Origin: Aplysia californica
Taxonomy: Eukaryota
NCBI RefSeq assembly: GCF_000002075.1
Contig: NW_004797332.1
Span: forward strand, 298,335-362,250
Direction: 5' to 3'
DNA: 63,916 nucleotides
Below are positions 33,149 to 48,100 of this stretch, one piece after another. The position numbers and the translations under genes are program-made. Numbering within the stretch: position 1 is the first letter of the stretch; every line of letters starts with the position of its first letter. The notes under the pieces were generated by a model that saw nothing but the letters and a program-made list of their open reading frames with translations, searched no databases and was not told the DNA's origin.

Positions 33149-36100
33149 GTAAGTTTTTTTAAAGTGGTACTTTAAGATCCCGTTGTTTTAAAAGAAACGC
33201 AGTGGCTACGTCCACTGCCATGAGACTACTTTCACGGGGCTGTGAATGTAGATCTAGTTGGCAGGCTACGTTCACAGCGCCCTGGATGCAGATTGCAGGC
33301 GCTGTTGAGGCTATATGTTCACTGCATTTAGGACTTAGTCTTACGTTTAGACAGAGCGTACACTGCCGGTTTAATTTTAAGCCGGTCTTAGTCAGTGACT
33401 ATATTTAATAATTTGGCCTGCTTCCAGCATTCCATCCCATGAGATGAAGGAAAACGAAGCAGTGATACTTGACCAATCGGCCATTCGTCGTTTTCCCTTA
33501 CACTGAGCTTTTGGTTCAGAGCTCGCCAGTGTAAGGATAAACGACGAACTCTCAATTACGTAACAACACATTAGGATAGTCTATATGACAAAAATATATA
33601 TGCCTACCAAATGTTTCAGTTGCCCTCTCACGTCCGGGCAAGATTTAGGTGCGACTTCGTGTTAGCTCTTGATGGCCCATGATATGCAATTTTGTCTGCG
33701 GGCAGTGTGTGTGTGTGAGAGAGAGAGATCGAGAGAGAGAGTGAAGGGGGNNNNNNNNNNNNNNNNNNNNNNNNNNNNNNNNNNNNNNNNNNNNNNNNNN
33801 NNNNNNNNNNNNNNNNNNNNNNNNNNNNNNNNNNNNNNNNNNNNNNNNNNGAGAGAGAGAAAGGAGAAAGAGAGAGACAGACAGAAAGAGAGAGAGAGAG
33901 GGTGTTTGTTATTATAATAAGAAAAATTAATTCCTGCTGTCACATTCTCTCTGCATCGGTTCCCCGGCTGACTCGGTGCAATACAGTCATTATTGTACAC
34001 ATTTTATGACCAGACCCGTTTCTCTTCTCTCACCTCTTGTTTATCATGTATCATATTCAATATTCCATAATATCTCGACTTTAATTCTGTAAGGGCGCTT
34101 CGTTTTCCTTCATCTCACTTGAAGCTGGCCAAAATATTAAATATACGTCACTGTTGTCACTGACTAAAGCTGGCTGACTTAAACCGGCAGTAGACGCTCC
34201 CCCTAAACGAAGCTTTAGTGCCGTGAACGTAGCCTGAACAGCGCCAGCAAACTGCATTCAGGGAGCCGTGAACGTCGCTTGCAGACTACGTTCACAGTGT
34301 ACTGCGTTTAAGAAAACAGAATTTTTACTTTTCAAAAGTCACCACTAAGAATAAGATCCCTCTCTGATTCACTCTGACTCTAAAGGTCTAGATTTTACAT
34401 CCGGCTAAGATCCCGCTTTTCATATAATAATTTATGGAACAAAAGCCCAGACAGGCACAGCCGATCAACCAAGAAGAGTGAAAAATTAAGATCGTTGTAC
34501 TGCCCATCATGTCAAAAATCAGCCACTCTCATGAATGTGATCACATAAAAGCACTGTAAAACTGGATGAAATGGTACAATGTTTGCCCCAGACAGGATCA
34601 CTCTGAGGTGTGAACTGACTGACCCGTTTGTTTTCCCCAAACATCGTGCTTGCATCTGAGCTCTCCACCTAAACTTACATCACTCGCTGGATGGGAAGGG
34701 CCTACAAGTTCGTTCTAGGGGGGATATAACATTGAACTGTGAACTCTTCCTCGATCACTGCATCAGTTGTCTCTACTCCTGAATTTGCGAGTCAGACTGA
34801 ATTTTAATTGGTGTTGCCACAACGTAATAGTGTGTAATGACGAAGGTGAGGGGGAACTCGGTCCGAGATGGAACGCTGTAACTTTTGGACAGGTGAAGCG
34901 AAGGGGCAGCTGGATAAGTGTAAATCTTGAGACTAACGATAATATGATGGAAAATTACAGTCGAACCTGTGTAAGATGGAATGGCAAGGGAGCCAGAAAA
35001 AAATTCCGTCATAGACAGGGGAATTTAGGGGGAGATGGAAAGGGGGGGGGGGTCAAAGGCCCAGCCGGTGGGATCAAGGTTTGCTTGTCCGATCGGCGAG
35101 CGGTGGTCAAAACATCAACCCTCTCAATTGCTATCCTGTCTGATAATGACATGTATCAGTCTTACTTATCCAATTACCATCAGTGCTTGCCTTTCGTAGG
35201 ACCACTATTTGACCTATTAAAAACAGAAACGTTTGAACATCTCCTTTGCTTCCACCCTTAGCCCCACCCATCGGTGTGACAAGCACAGTCAACGAATGCC
35301 ACCCCTCACTGCCATCATGTAGAACTCTTTTCTCGGCTGGCCGTACGATCATTGGTCTATCTAATTTCACACCTCTGGCTTTTGGCTACAAATGAAAGTT
35401 TCTGTAGTGGCTTGGCACTCGAGCACTCTCACGGGCAGTTGTGAAATTTCACTCCCACACTACCCTGACCATCTGCATCGCTCAGGGCTCACATGATGGG
35501 ATAACATCTACTCCCAAATTGCACCCCTACTCCCCATCCTCGCCCAGCAGCATGGCCATGGCATTAAGTTTAGAGCCGGCGGAACCAAACTTACGAGTTT
35601 TGTTTCAAATCTGGGCTGAGCAGGCAAAGCATTTTACGTCTTAGACAGGTGAAACCCTTGGAAGGGAGCGGATTTTTTTTTCGGTTTCCATGTTGGACAG
35701 GTTTCCATTTTATATGGGTAATCAAAGACGGATATATATCAAGGGGGGGAGCGGGTAGATTTCGTTAAGACAGGTTTCCGTTTTATACGTTTCCTTTAAG
35801 GAAGGTTCAACTGTATAGGAAAATGGCATTACCTGTATTACCTGTCCTGGGCAACAACGTCATTGCACACCGGACAGGTCCATAAGTGCTCAGTTCCCCC
35901 CAGCACCAAAGCCAGCAAGGTATCCATACTGACTGTCTGGTTATGGCGACGTCTTTCCTCTCCAGGAAAATGGCATGCCTCCTGCCACTGTGATTTGTCT
36001 TCAGGGTTGACCACTCTTTGCTCGCCATATGTCATAAACCCACCCAGAGGTCACGTCAGTTCAATTTAGAGTAAAGGGAGACCATTTTACAGGTTGTTAG

Positions 36101-39100
36101 CCTGAACATTGGTCACTGTGGATTCTTTTCTTGGTGCATTGGCTAAGATCCTGTTCGCCTAAGATCCCGTACTTTCCTTGCTCCCGAGCAACAGGATCTT
36201 AGGTAGAGACTACTGTAGTAGTATAGTTATATAGTAGTGTTGTGTAGTTGTAGTAGTGTAGTTACCAAATCATTTGTTGTCTCAGGAGGGCTTCTAGTTA
36301 GTCTATTTTCAATTTTGTTTTATCAACAAAATTTTGATTATTTTGGAGACGGCAGGGGTAAAAATTTTTAGAGGTCCCGTGTGTAAGTTGAGCATTATAA
36401 AAGATCCCTTTGTGGTCCTAAAACCGATAGTATAGGCTTTGGCTGCCACCTGTACAAAATTCAAAATTAATTCCTACCAAACTTAAAATGCTTAATGTGT
36501 CCCACATGCTCATATAAGACCTTATGCTGTTGTGAGCATCTTAAAACAGTTACCCCCCCCCCCAAAAAAAAAAAAGCCTAGATAAAAATGAACCAGAAAA
36601 GTGCTGTCTGAGCATGACAGGAGTGAAAGTAAAATAATACGAAAAATTCTCTCGACTCAGGAATTGAACTCGAGTCTCCTGAGTGCGATGGCAAATGGCC
36701 TTATCATTACATCACAAATACAGTTATGGTTCAGTTAGTCTTGGAGCTCATCAAGTCTAACTTAAGTCTAAAGGCTTAGACTAAAGTAGGAATGAAAAAG
36801 CATGTGTATAGGCCTACGTTATATGTTAGTCTACACGACAGGCTTATTTTCTCTTCGTCCTCACTTAATAAAATCTCGTTGAACCTGTTTAGGGGGCTGC
36901 CGTGGCCTAGAGGTTAAGGCGTTTACCTTTCATTCAAAGATCCTAAGTTCGAATCCGGGTAGCGCCGGAAAAATTTTCTTCTCTAAAATTGTCTCGTTTC
37001 ACCTCCTTTCCTTCTCTCTTGCAATGTTCTGTCGTCTGCTTTCGTCTCCACTTTCTGCCCCCAACCCCTCACCTCCTTTGCCCCCTCCCCTGGGCTCCTG
37101 ACTCTTTCTACTGCTGCTTCTTGGCTCCTTCTTACTGCTGTCTTTCAGACACACTCCCCTGATCTTCTGGTAATAAAGATCTACACCTAGCCTTCTCGGA
37201 CAAGGGCGAAAAATTTCGGAGGTCCTGTGTGCAAGTTGCACACTTTAAAGATCCCTTGGTGGTCGAAAATCGATAAGAGTTGGCTTCGGCTGCCCGCCCC
37301 CCCCGGGCAAAATTCAGAATTTCCTACCAACTGAAGATGTTTAGTGTGTCCCATGCACTTATATGACCTATGCAGTTGCGAGCACCGTAAAACACTTGCA
37401 AAAAAAAAGGAAGCAGAACCTGTTTAGGGGGCTCTCGTGGCCTAGAGATTAAGGTGTTGGCCTCTCTGTCAAAGGTCCTGGGTTCAAATCCAGTTAGCGA
37501 CGGGTGGGTAGCGATGGAAAATTTTCTTCTCTAAATTTGTCTCCTTTCACTTCCTTTCCTGCTCTCTAGCAATGTTTTGTCGTCTGCTTTCGTCTCCACT
37601 TTCTGTCCCCGTCCCCTCACCTCCTTTGCCCCCTCCTCTGTTACTCTTTGGCTCCTTCTTACTGCTGTCTTTCAGAAAAACTCCTGATCTTCTGGTACTG
37701 GTAGGAAAGGTCTACACCTAGCCTTCTCGGACAAGGGGGAAAAATCTCGGAGGTCCTGTGTGCAAGTAGCACTCGTTAAAGATCCCCTTTTGGTCTAAAA
37801 TTGATGAGAGCAGGCTTCGGGTGCTACCCGAGCAAAACTCAAAATTTCCTACCAACTGAAAATGTTAATGTGTCTCGTGCGCTCAATGACCTTATGCAGT
37901 TGCGAGCGCCGTAGAACACAAAAAAAAAAAAAAGAACCTGTATAGCCTACTTTCTGGTACATTTATGTAGCTGTTCAGAAGTGCATTCTTTTTTGCTTTT
38001 AACTGTCTACTGTTTGTACAGTGCTCGAATCTAAATCTAAGCCTAAATGCACAGTTTATTTTCATTCACATTGATATTTAATTTACATACAGTTGAGCGC
38101 AGATTAAACCCAAATACGAAAAACTCAAATGCATAGATAGATTGAGCAATAAAAACCATTCCCTGACTGAACTGCTATATATTTTCTTGTATTGACAACA
38201 CATTATTCTTGAACACTCACACAGATGTGTCAAATAGCTCGTCTAGAAAAGCCTAATCAAAATTTTCCTCACTGTTGTCTTGAAATGAAATCACCCTGCA
38301 CACACTATGGAAAACAACACACCCATCATCATTGAGAATGGGGTTAAATAAGCAGACCAGGCTCACTTCACACTGCTTTAATCAAGATGTATTATCACAC
38401 ACCTGTAGCGTGCATAAGGCGCTCAAACTTTCTTGAATCTAGTCATGTGAGGGTGGGCAGTGGGTGGGATCAAAGACCAACAGTATGATGCTGCATTCAG
38501 TTCCATGGTGTTTATAATATGTTAGTGGGCATATATGTGTGTGGTTGTTTGAATGTGTAGGTATGGATCTGTAATTGATTACAGAAGAGGGGTAGATGGC
38601 AACATTCTCTGACCAGTGTTTGTTACATAATCATGATTGTGATCTGATGTAAGAGCAATTTTTTCTCTTGGTCTTAAAGCTCACAAACATCACGTCCTTC
38701 CTTTCTCTTGTTTTGACCCTGAAAAAGGTGCACGCACAATCCATCTATCATTTTATTGATACCGGGTACAAAATGTGAAATTGCATAGGTTTAATTTAAT
38801 AATAATAGATAGCATTTGTATAGCGCATATCCCCGCTCAACAGCAGGCTCTATGCGCTTTACACTATATTATTACCCCAGCAGACCATAGAACACTCCGA
38901 AACATTCTCAGCTTCCTGGGAAGCATACAGTGCAAGCAGCCGATTAAGCGCTCAAACACTAACAAATTGACAAGATCTTTTGCTGTCTATAGCCGGATAC
39001 CCATTCCCACCTGGGTGAAGTGAGGAAATTCGTTTAAAGTGCCTTTCCCAAGGACACAACGTCCGGCCCTTGACGGGATTCGAACCCACGACCTTACAGT

Positions 39101-42100
39101 TGCGAGTCCGAGAGCCTAACCACTAGGCCACCGACGCCACTTATCGCCTTGAGGACATTTAATTCCATCTCTGCGCGATGGGCATACTGCCCTAATGATT
39201 CACTTCAGTGTTGGGCTCTAGGCCTCTGTTCTTTTTAGTGAGAAACAATATCACGTACTATTCATGGCTAAAGAGCACTTGATTTTAGGTATGCAATCGT
39301 GTTATTTTTTAGCCTAACTTGTGACTGAATTTGTAAGCATCAACGATCTTTCTCTGTTCACAGGTCAGAATACTGGAAGTCAGTTCCGAGGAAATTTTGT
39401 GAATTTTGCAAGTGCTGGATAACAGATAACAAACCGGTACCCATATCTGCATCACAGTCTTTTCTGCTTTTTTATTTTGTTTTCTTGCTTCTTGTGTGCA
39501 GATTTTAATGACAAATAGTGGAGTCTGCTTAAATCAAATTCAGTAGTACTGCTGGATTTTCTTCATTTCTGCCATATTTTTTGGTTTAGAGAGATTGCTT
39601 GAATAGTGCAGAGAAAAAATGGGTGATTTTATTTTCTTTCGGTTTACTGCTGTTTTTGGTTTAAAATCCATGTCAGTTTAAGCGGACTCCACTGTGTGCG
39701 TAATGGATATTAAAATATCTGTGTGTAATTTTATGATATTAATTAATGAGCTGTCTTTGAATCCAGTTAAATCTGGGTGCTACCCTTTAGATTATTGATA
39801 GTAGAGGTTGTTTTTTCTGGGATTTTCTTAAACTTCAGAAATCTTTGATAGTCATTGGAATTGGTCATGATATGTCGAGAAATTTGTGTGCTGTTATTGT
39901 AAGCAAATGCTCATACCTGATCTTTTTCTTAAATTTGAAAGTTTGTAATATTAGGGAACAAAATACATCATGTACATTAATTTGAAGTTGCAAATGTTTT
40001 ACAAGCAACAAAATCCCATCTATAGTTCTTTTAAAAGTTACACTGCGCGGAGGGCTCTAAAGTAGAGACTTTTTTAAAAACAATTTCTTAAGAGCTCGGA
40101 AGTATGAAATCAAGAAATACTATTGGTTGAATGTGTACTACTAAGAACTTTACTCTGGCTTGTTTTCTGTTGCAGAGTGTAGAATTTCATGAACGTGGAA
40201 AGCGCCATCAAGAAAATGTTCAACTACGTCTCAAAGAGGTAACTGTATGTTTTGTGGTTTTATCAGTAGATTTTCTTGGACTTAATGAGGTAGAAGCAAC
40301 ATCGAAGATGGGGTCCAATGTGTGTAGGGCGTTTTGATGTTAAAAAAAGATTTGAATCAAAATCTTGACGGTCAAACCGGTTTGATATTTTTTTAAAGAG
40401 TCATCAAATTTTTTATGCGTGTGTGAGTAGTTCCTGTAAAAATTTTGATCAAACTTTTATATTTCGCAGGTGACCGCCGAAGAGATAAGGTCATATCTGC
40501 TTCTCTTTTACTCTCTCTTTCTCCACTTCTTTCTCTCTCTTTCCTTAATCTCTTCCGTTCACCTCTCATCCTGCTCAATCGCCTCCTCTCTCTCTCCTAT
40601 ATTTCCCTCTTTCTCTCTTTTGTGACCTTTCTTTCTCATATGATAGCACAAATCAAACCGAGTTTTCTATTTTTCCTGCTTTTTTCTGTTAATCAAAATG
40701 TTAAGTGAAGAAAAAATTAAAAAAAGACCCCCCCCTATAATTTCCCTAGCAGCCCCCCCCCCCCCCCCCACCCCTCCCCTACATCTCTCGATTTCCATTT
40801 GTTTACATGTCGAAGATTTCGACAATACTGAATTTTGATGGAAAAAACACTGAAATGTGTGTGGGCAATTGTGCATCAAAATTTGTATTTTTAAAACATG
40901 TATGGGCCACTTAAATCTGTCTTTACTTTTTTTAGGGGGCATTCACCACAATGTTTTGAAGCATTTAATGCTTTCTTTCTTTTTATCTTATGAAAAATAT
41001 GAGATTTAGAATGCTTTTTAAACAGTTTTGCTAATTTCTTACTTGTAAATTAGAATTTAGAATCTATTTCACAACAAAAAACCTAAATAATCATTGTATG
41101 GTACATTTTTGTCAAACGATAATAGCTGGTTGGTGGGTGTTTTCCTGTGTTTGGCTCCTTCCTCTTCTTTTTATTACTAATTGTTTAAACCTTTCTTGGA
41201 GAAATGGGGTCATTATGATGCTCCTTCATGTAAACGTCAGCTCTGGTGAAGCATTTAATTTTATTTAATTGAGGAGATATATTTTGATTGAATTGTACAA
41301 CTTTTGCTGTATCTAATGTCTAATCATCATACTAAGTACTGAAGTCTCTTTTTGTGCTTTGCTAATATTTAGGTCCGGAAGAAAAGTCTCAAAGACTCGG
41401 CAGAGCAAGAAGAAATGGACAAAGCAATGGAGAAAATGGAAAAGGTCTGTGCTTCATTAATTTTATCCAATCAAAAATGTTCAGTTAAATGTGCAAATTA
41501 CTTATTGCATATGTAAATTACAGATGTTTTTTCATTATGTACGAAGCCCAGTAGGCAATTCTTTCTCCTAAGTTTCTGTTGCGCTACTGATGCGAAAAAT
41601 ACAGGGGAGTCTGCTGAAACCAAAATCTGTGGGAGGGCGGGTTATTCTTTGGTTAAGCTGGGTTCATGGTTTAGAGACTGCTGCTCAAATAGTGATGACT
41701 GTTGACAAGCCTAGAGTTGGGAATGCTATGCTTGTAGCAAATTTCACTTTTTGAAACTTTTTTCTCATCTTGTTCTTTCAGTAACTTCAATTTAAGCTGT
41801 ATGCTGTAGGCATTGCTTTCTCTTTGAGTTAATTTGTAGAACAGTCACACAGAACAGACGAAAGAGCCTACAGAGAAGCAAGAAAGAAAGCCCACTGCCA
41901 GTGATGTCATGATGTCATGAAACACATCACTTGCTGTCAATGTGCTCGTGTGTAGTGTAAGGCCCACGTGGACTAGCTTTGCAGAGACAGTAGGCCGTGA
42001 CCAACCATTGGTCGCCCAACAGATATACACTTACTGTCTTTGTGTTTGCCTCTATGCAGTGTGTAGGCCATTTGATGTGTGTGATAAACGTAGATAAACA

Positions 42101-45100
42101 GTATTCCTGCGATGTCTCTCTTTGGCCGGCAATCTACACATGCATTCTTGTGGTTTTTTTGGGGTTTTTTGTTTTTCTATCTTTGAGTAAGTAAGATTAG
42201 ATTATTTGCATTACTTGAGGGTTGCTTTTGAGGATGAGGACGACATAATTCTTGAAATTCGTTTAGAAATGGGGCATCTCAGCTCATGGATAGTTTTCTT
42301 ACAAAGACGAAGAAAAAAAAAGAGGAATTTTATTTTCTTTCAATTTACCACTGTTTTTGGATTAACCTTGTTTGGTTGTAGCAGACTTCACTGTCGTGGA
42401 AAAAGAACAAGATATTTTCAAGGGAGGTAGCAAATGGAAGGGGCTGGTTCTGAAAAGAGAAGAGACGAGTGCCATAAGCAAGTTATGGGCTGTTTTTATT
42501 TCCCTGTCCAAATTCTAACATTGGGTTAGTGTAATGTTTTTGTTGAAGTCATTCCAGTGCATTTAACCTCTTTTCGGAGCGAATACTTTAAATTGAATTT
42601 GTGTGTCTATTTCAATGTGTGACCTGTTTCAGATGGTTAAACCTACAGTCAAACTTGCTGAAATGACTACTGGTCCAAGACAAATATACACTTCTCACTT
42701 CCCCCTGTTTAAAAAAAAATCGATATATTTTAAAGACTCCTAAAATGTCCCCCTGTCTAGGACAACCACTTTTTTCCTTGGCAATGGACAATTTTGATTG
42801 TACACTATTTGGACTTTTATGTTTCATTAAATTTTCTCCACAGGCTGCATTAGAAGCATTCAAGAAGGATTTGAAAGAGAACCCAGCTCTGGCTGCTCAG
42901 TACGGTGTGTCACTGGAACAAAAGCCCTCAGCGAGTAATTTCAGTTTGATTTTCCTACAAAATTTATCCGTGGCTGTGTTCAAAAGTCACTTTCAGTTTG
43001 AGTTTTCTTGTGAAAGAAACAAATTTATGATAATTGATATATACACTACTTAAAATCGAAAAAAATTATTCATGGCTTTGCTCACCACAGTCTGTCCACA
43101 AGTTTTTTAAATGAATATTTAAACAGAGTGATTTATTATTTGTGTAATTTATTGTCCTTCATAGTGGCAGAGGTCTTTGAAGTTTTTTTAATTCGTGAAA
43201 GGCTGAAATCATTTCACGAGGAGTTGGAGAAATTGCTCTCATGTCTTGTACTTTTTCACAATGGAGAAGATGGTGGATGTTATACTGTGGACAATTTTAC
43301 ATGCCTTGTCTTGTTCTAAGGTAAAAGCTCACTGCTCAATATCCTTAGCTGAGTCAGACTGGCGTCTGTGGTGTTGTAGTTAAGCATTTGTCGTCGCACG
43401 CGGAAGACCCAAGTTCAATTCAATTCTCGTTTGGGGAGAATTTTCATTGAGTATCTCGGTCTTTCTGCTTGGATGTTGCGTCCCTCTCAACCTGGATTGG
43501 CCCTCACAGGTAAGTTCGAAGCCCACGTCATGTATGATCTAAATTGTGTCGATAGATGCATGAAACACCCTACCTTTTTTTCTTTAACCCTGTCCGTTCC
43601 GCCTTGGGTCATTTTGTACCCCCACACGGCTGTTCCCGAGTGGAGCACTTAGTTACCTGAGGAACTGACCTGGTCAACCATGCCGTGCCCGGGTGGTCAT
43701 GGAGGTCACTTTGACCTTTGCTCTACGAGTAAACTGTTGTGACTTAACAATTTTTTTACAATTCAATTGCTTTAACGTGGCTTTTCCCATAAACAAATCA
43801 ATGTGAAATTATTATCAACAAATAGAGGCATTCTTGGACTACAGCAAATAACTTTTTATTGATATTCTTAGCAAGGCACCTTTTAAAACATGGGCGCAAT
43901 AGAGGGCATCTAAGAGAACATTTTTTACGTGGGTCTACTTTTTAAAATCATGATATTTTAAAATTTGTACACCAGATCTCTAAAATAATCAGTGGTATAC
44001 AACAGTGACATGATGAGCTTTCAGAAACATTTACTTTTGGCTTGATTCATTCAGAAATGGGAAACTTGTAGAATATTTACTACTGTCCAATTAATGAAAC
44101 GAAAGATTTTTCATTGTCTCCTCACAGTTTTCAGAAATGGGGATTCACTGCTATCCAATTCCATGACACAAGAGTTTACTTGTTGTATTCTCACAGCTAG
44201 AGCTGCTTTCACATTCACAAACACATAACATATGATAACTCATAACAATATTGCAAAAGTGTCTTTGAGTTCAAAGGCTAGTTGTCTTCCTCTTTTTTCC
44301 CTTTTCAAGCTGCTGGCATGGACACATTATGCAGTCTGTGGGTCTCAATAACAGCTTTCAACTGTGTCCCTTTTCCCTTATTCCCACTGTCCTCTTCTCC
44401 AGTTTTGCGATGCTGGAGTGCACAAGTTCGTCATCTTGCTCGCCCATTAAACCCAGGCAAAATCCATATCTTTTAATAAAAGGCAGACAGATAGAGTTGC
44501 TTCTCGAACTTGTTTCCTTAAGCAGTAATTGCGCTGCACACATTTGTTGCACAGTTTTCAGGGACGTGTGTCTGCACAAGATCTATCCGTGTCCACATTT
44601 ACGCGATAGAATATGAGTAAGTCATTTTTAAAATTTACACAAAAATATCTGCCCTGGTTTGCCTTCTTAGCCTTTTTAATTCTGGCCCTTAATGTTCTAC
44701 ACAATTTTTTAAACACTGAAGGTGTAATTCGCGGATGTGTTTCATTTTCACTCTTGTAACAGACTGTCCTAGCACTTGTTCTCATAAAGAATCCGCAAAA
44801 GTGATACCGGGACCTCGGGTGAATACCGCACGCGGTGACGCTGCGGTCGGGAAAATATAACAAGGTGAAGTAACAAAAGTCGCCGTCCTGCTAAAGTTTT
44901 CCAGTGAATCTAAACCATTTTTTCACAAATAACTTCCATACTGACTCTTGATACGGCAGAACAAAAAATGATAACAATCTGCGTTTCATGAAAGGAAAAA
45001 AATCCTGATCTTTGTAACAATCCGAGAAATACGTGCGCCACAAGGTAGGGTTAAGTACAGAGGTAGTGTGTGTACACGCTCAGACCTAGAAATAAACTAA

Positions 45101-48100
45101 AGGATGTGGCTTATTGGGGAGAGTCTGGGATTTCATTTGATACCTCACACACCCATAGTGAAAGATAAGAGAGGACATTTACAGGGGTTTAAACCAAGAG
45201 AAAATAACAGACTTTCTACCCGAAATCGGCTAACAGCGCTATCGCCCAGGAAACGATGCGTTTCCCGACTGTCAGGTGGGACTTATGACCCCGTGAGGTC
45301 AGCAGAGGGGTTAAAACTAAGTGCTCTGCGAGGATAGTAGAACTGAACAGCCGTGCACCGGGTTGTATTCTTCACATTTTAGAATACTTTTAGTACGAAG
45401 ATCTCTTTGAAACTTTAGGTATTTCTCAAAAAATCATTTTGACAGACTGCTATGCAAAGCGTACGGATCGGATTAACGAGTAAATGTCCTCTTTGGAAAG
45501 TGGTGGCACAGAGTTCTCCGCGTCGTATGGATATCATATGATGATAGTAAAACTGGACGTACGGATGTGGTTAATCTCACCAGACATCATTCATAGGGTT
45601 CTTTTTTGCTTGGCTTGCTTATATTGGCATAGTGGCATAGGTGTCTGTTCTTACTGTGTTGGTTGCTCAGTTGTTCAGCCATTCCTCCTTTGACTTCACC
45701 ATGTGATGTACTAACTCTTCTGAAAGATGGATGGATACATGAATATATTGTAATGCTTTCTGTTGATCTTTTATTATATTCCAAAAGATATGTCTCAATT
45801 TTTTCTCAGAGTCTGAGACAAAAGACAATGAGTCAAAGGACAAGTCAGGGGAAACCAGTAAAGCAAAGAAAAGGAAGATTCCAGAAGTTAAGGAGTGGTA
45901 TGAAGCAGTTTCTCCAGAGGGTTATCATTACTACTGGAGCACTGTGACTGGAGGTATGCTCGTTGCCTATGGTACTTAGATTAGATATTTGGCTATCCTA
46001 GAATTACAAAGTTCTATCTGCCCAGAACCTAGGTTTTAGAAATTGGACGTAAAAAGTTCTTGAGTTTTGCATCATGTCAAGCTTTTTCGAATGCAATTCT
46101 TTGAATATCATGGTAATGACTCCGAATTATCTTATGATTTTGATAGAGCAGATACTACATTCGTGTCATGGCACGGTGGAATCAGGCGCTTGTCAATTTT
46201 TGGCCTTGTAGAGTTATTGGTATCATCTTAAAGCACGTTTATTTGTCTATCAATCTATGAAAATATTAACCATTGATCTTGAATGGTAGTGAGTATATTT
46301 GCCATCAAAGTTCGGTTATTTAACTTGAGTGTCCTTGGAAACTGAAAATTGACATCATTTGTGCCTTTAATCAAAGTTTTTCCTGTGAATGCCACACTGA
46401 AATGTATTTTTAATTAGACATAAAAGATATTTAACCAGAAAGCAAAAATTTGAGAAAAATTGCTAGACCGGCGGAAAAATGCAATGTATGTTCGATTTTA
46501 TCATTTTGACGAGAGCCTGATTTTGCCACGATGCCTCACATTTGTTTTCTGACCCCATGGTCTTAGTAAGTCAAAACGGCCAAAAATATCAGAAAGAACT
46601 TTGAAATTCCAGATGACAGTTGCCATGTTTGTAGTATTTTGGGTTTAGATTCACATTTCTTCAGTGCAGACAAGTTTCTCTGACTGGGGCAGTCAGCCTC
46701 TCTAACAGTGACTTTGCTTGTGACCTCAGACCTGAACCTAAGATTTGACTCGATGCTTGTCAACCTTTGTACAACCAGCGCCCACTTTTGCCAGCTTCAG
46801 GAGGCTAAGATGTTCGTACCGTCCACCCACATGTATTTCCAAGTGGAGCATTAAATAATAGCTGTTAACACCCGGGTGATCCCTACACCCACGAAAATAT
46901 CCAAATCTCCTTCTAGTTGGCGATATCGCTCAGGTTGGCAAGCACTGGTTCAGCTAGTGAGGGACCCAGTCCACCTGATGAGCTCATAGTGCTCCAGAAC
47001 CTGCAGCTGGCACAAACTATCAAGGGTTTGTCCTCGCTTGACAGCCTCCTGACAACAAAAGACTTCCACAGCATCAAGGCTCTGATCGTGTCTGTCAATA
47101 TCAGTGAGAATTGCTAATTCTCTAGACTTATGCAGTTGCAAACGCCATAAAACCTCTACTAAAACTAAACTAATTCTCTAGTGTATGAAAATCACAGTGA
47201 TAGAAGCAAAAATGTATATATGTTTAACACTCCTTGCAACACGTGCCCTCTAAATTTAATGTCCAGCTCTAATAGGACACAAATCAGACCTAGCTTAGCC
47301 TGGAGCCCCTGAGCCTGCAATCTCACGATTACAAGTCCAGTAGCCTAACCACTAGACTACTGATTACTGATGCTCACAGCCTATGCTGTCACATCTGTTT
47401 GTATGAAAATAGTACACAACTTAGTGAAAGTAAACAGCAGAAAGCATAAAGGGTACAGTGACCGTTGTTGTAGTCGTATTGATTTAATGTAAACTATGAT
47501 TTGACTCTTACTCCAATCAAAATTGTCCAAGATGGCAACCCATTGTGGAGAATTAAGGGCTGGTGGGTCACCAAGAAATCTTGTTTTCCATAGCAACCGA
47601 TTCAAAATATACTTTTTGAACTCTTAATTTAAAATCCCCAATAACACACAATGTCTCACAGCAAATATGGGCACTCTAGGCCTTGTACCGGTAATAGCCA
47701 AAATAGACCTCAGGTGCCCCACCAGCCCTTTGACAGTGTCATTATAGTATTTTAAAAAATACATGGAGGGGGGGGGGGGGAGTGTGATGTGGTCCTTTGC
47801 AGAAGTGCTTGTCTTGGATAGGTGGCTGTCAGGGTAGGTTCGACTGTGTCTTTGTGAGATTTTTGGTTGTTATTTGTATTACTACTACTATGACTACTGT
47901 TATTGTGTCATTATTGCACATGTTATTGTATTATTATCATTATTTTTGTTATTATTTTCATCATTATTATTTTGTAAAAACTGTTATTATTGGTTTTTTT
48001 CTTTCTAGAATCAGTATGGGAAGCTCCAGAAGACTTTGTCTCATTGGCTGACCAAGAAAAGCTGGCCAGTGTGTCTAAACAGGAAAGTGGGGAGAAGACG

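Noticed and set aside
36892-36968. tRNA-like sequences here and near 1920, 2830, 37430, 39070, 43360, 53360
   Set aside because: They are SINE heads continuous with SINE bodies; no intact cloverleaf.
46917-47117. 66-aa exon-like ORF in WBP4 intron 6
   Set aside because: No WW motif, begins inside a hAT MITE, and has no convincing splice pair.
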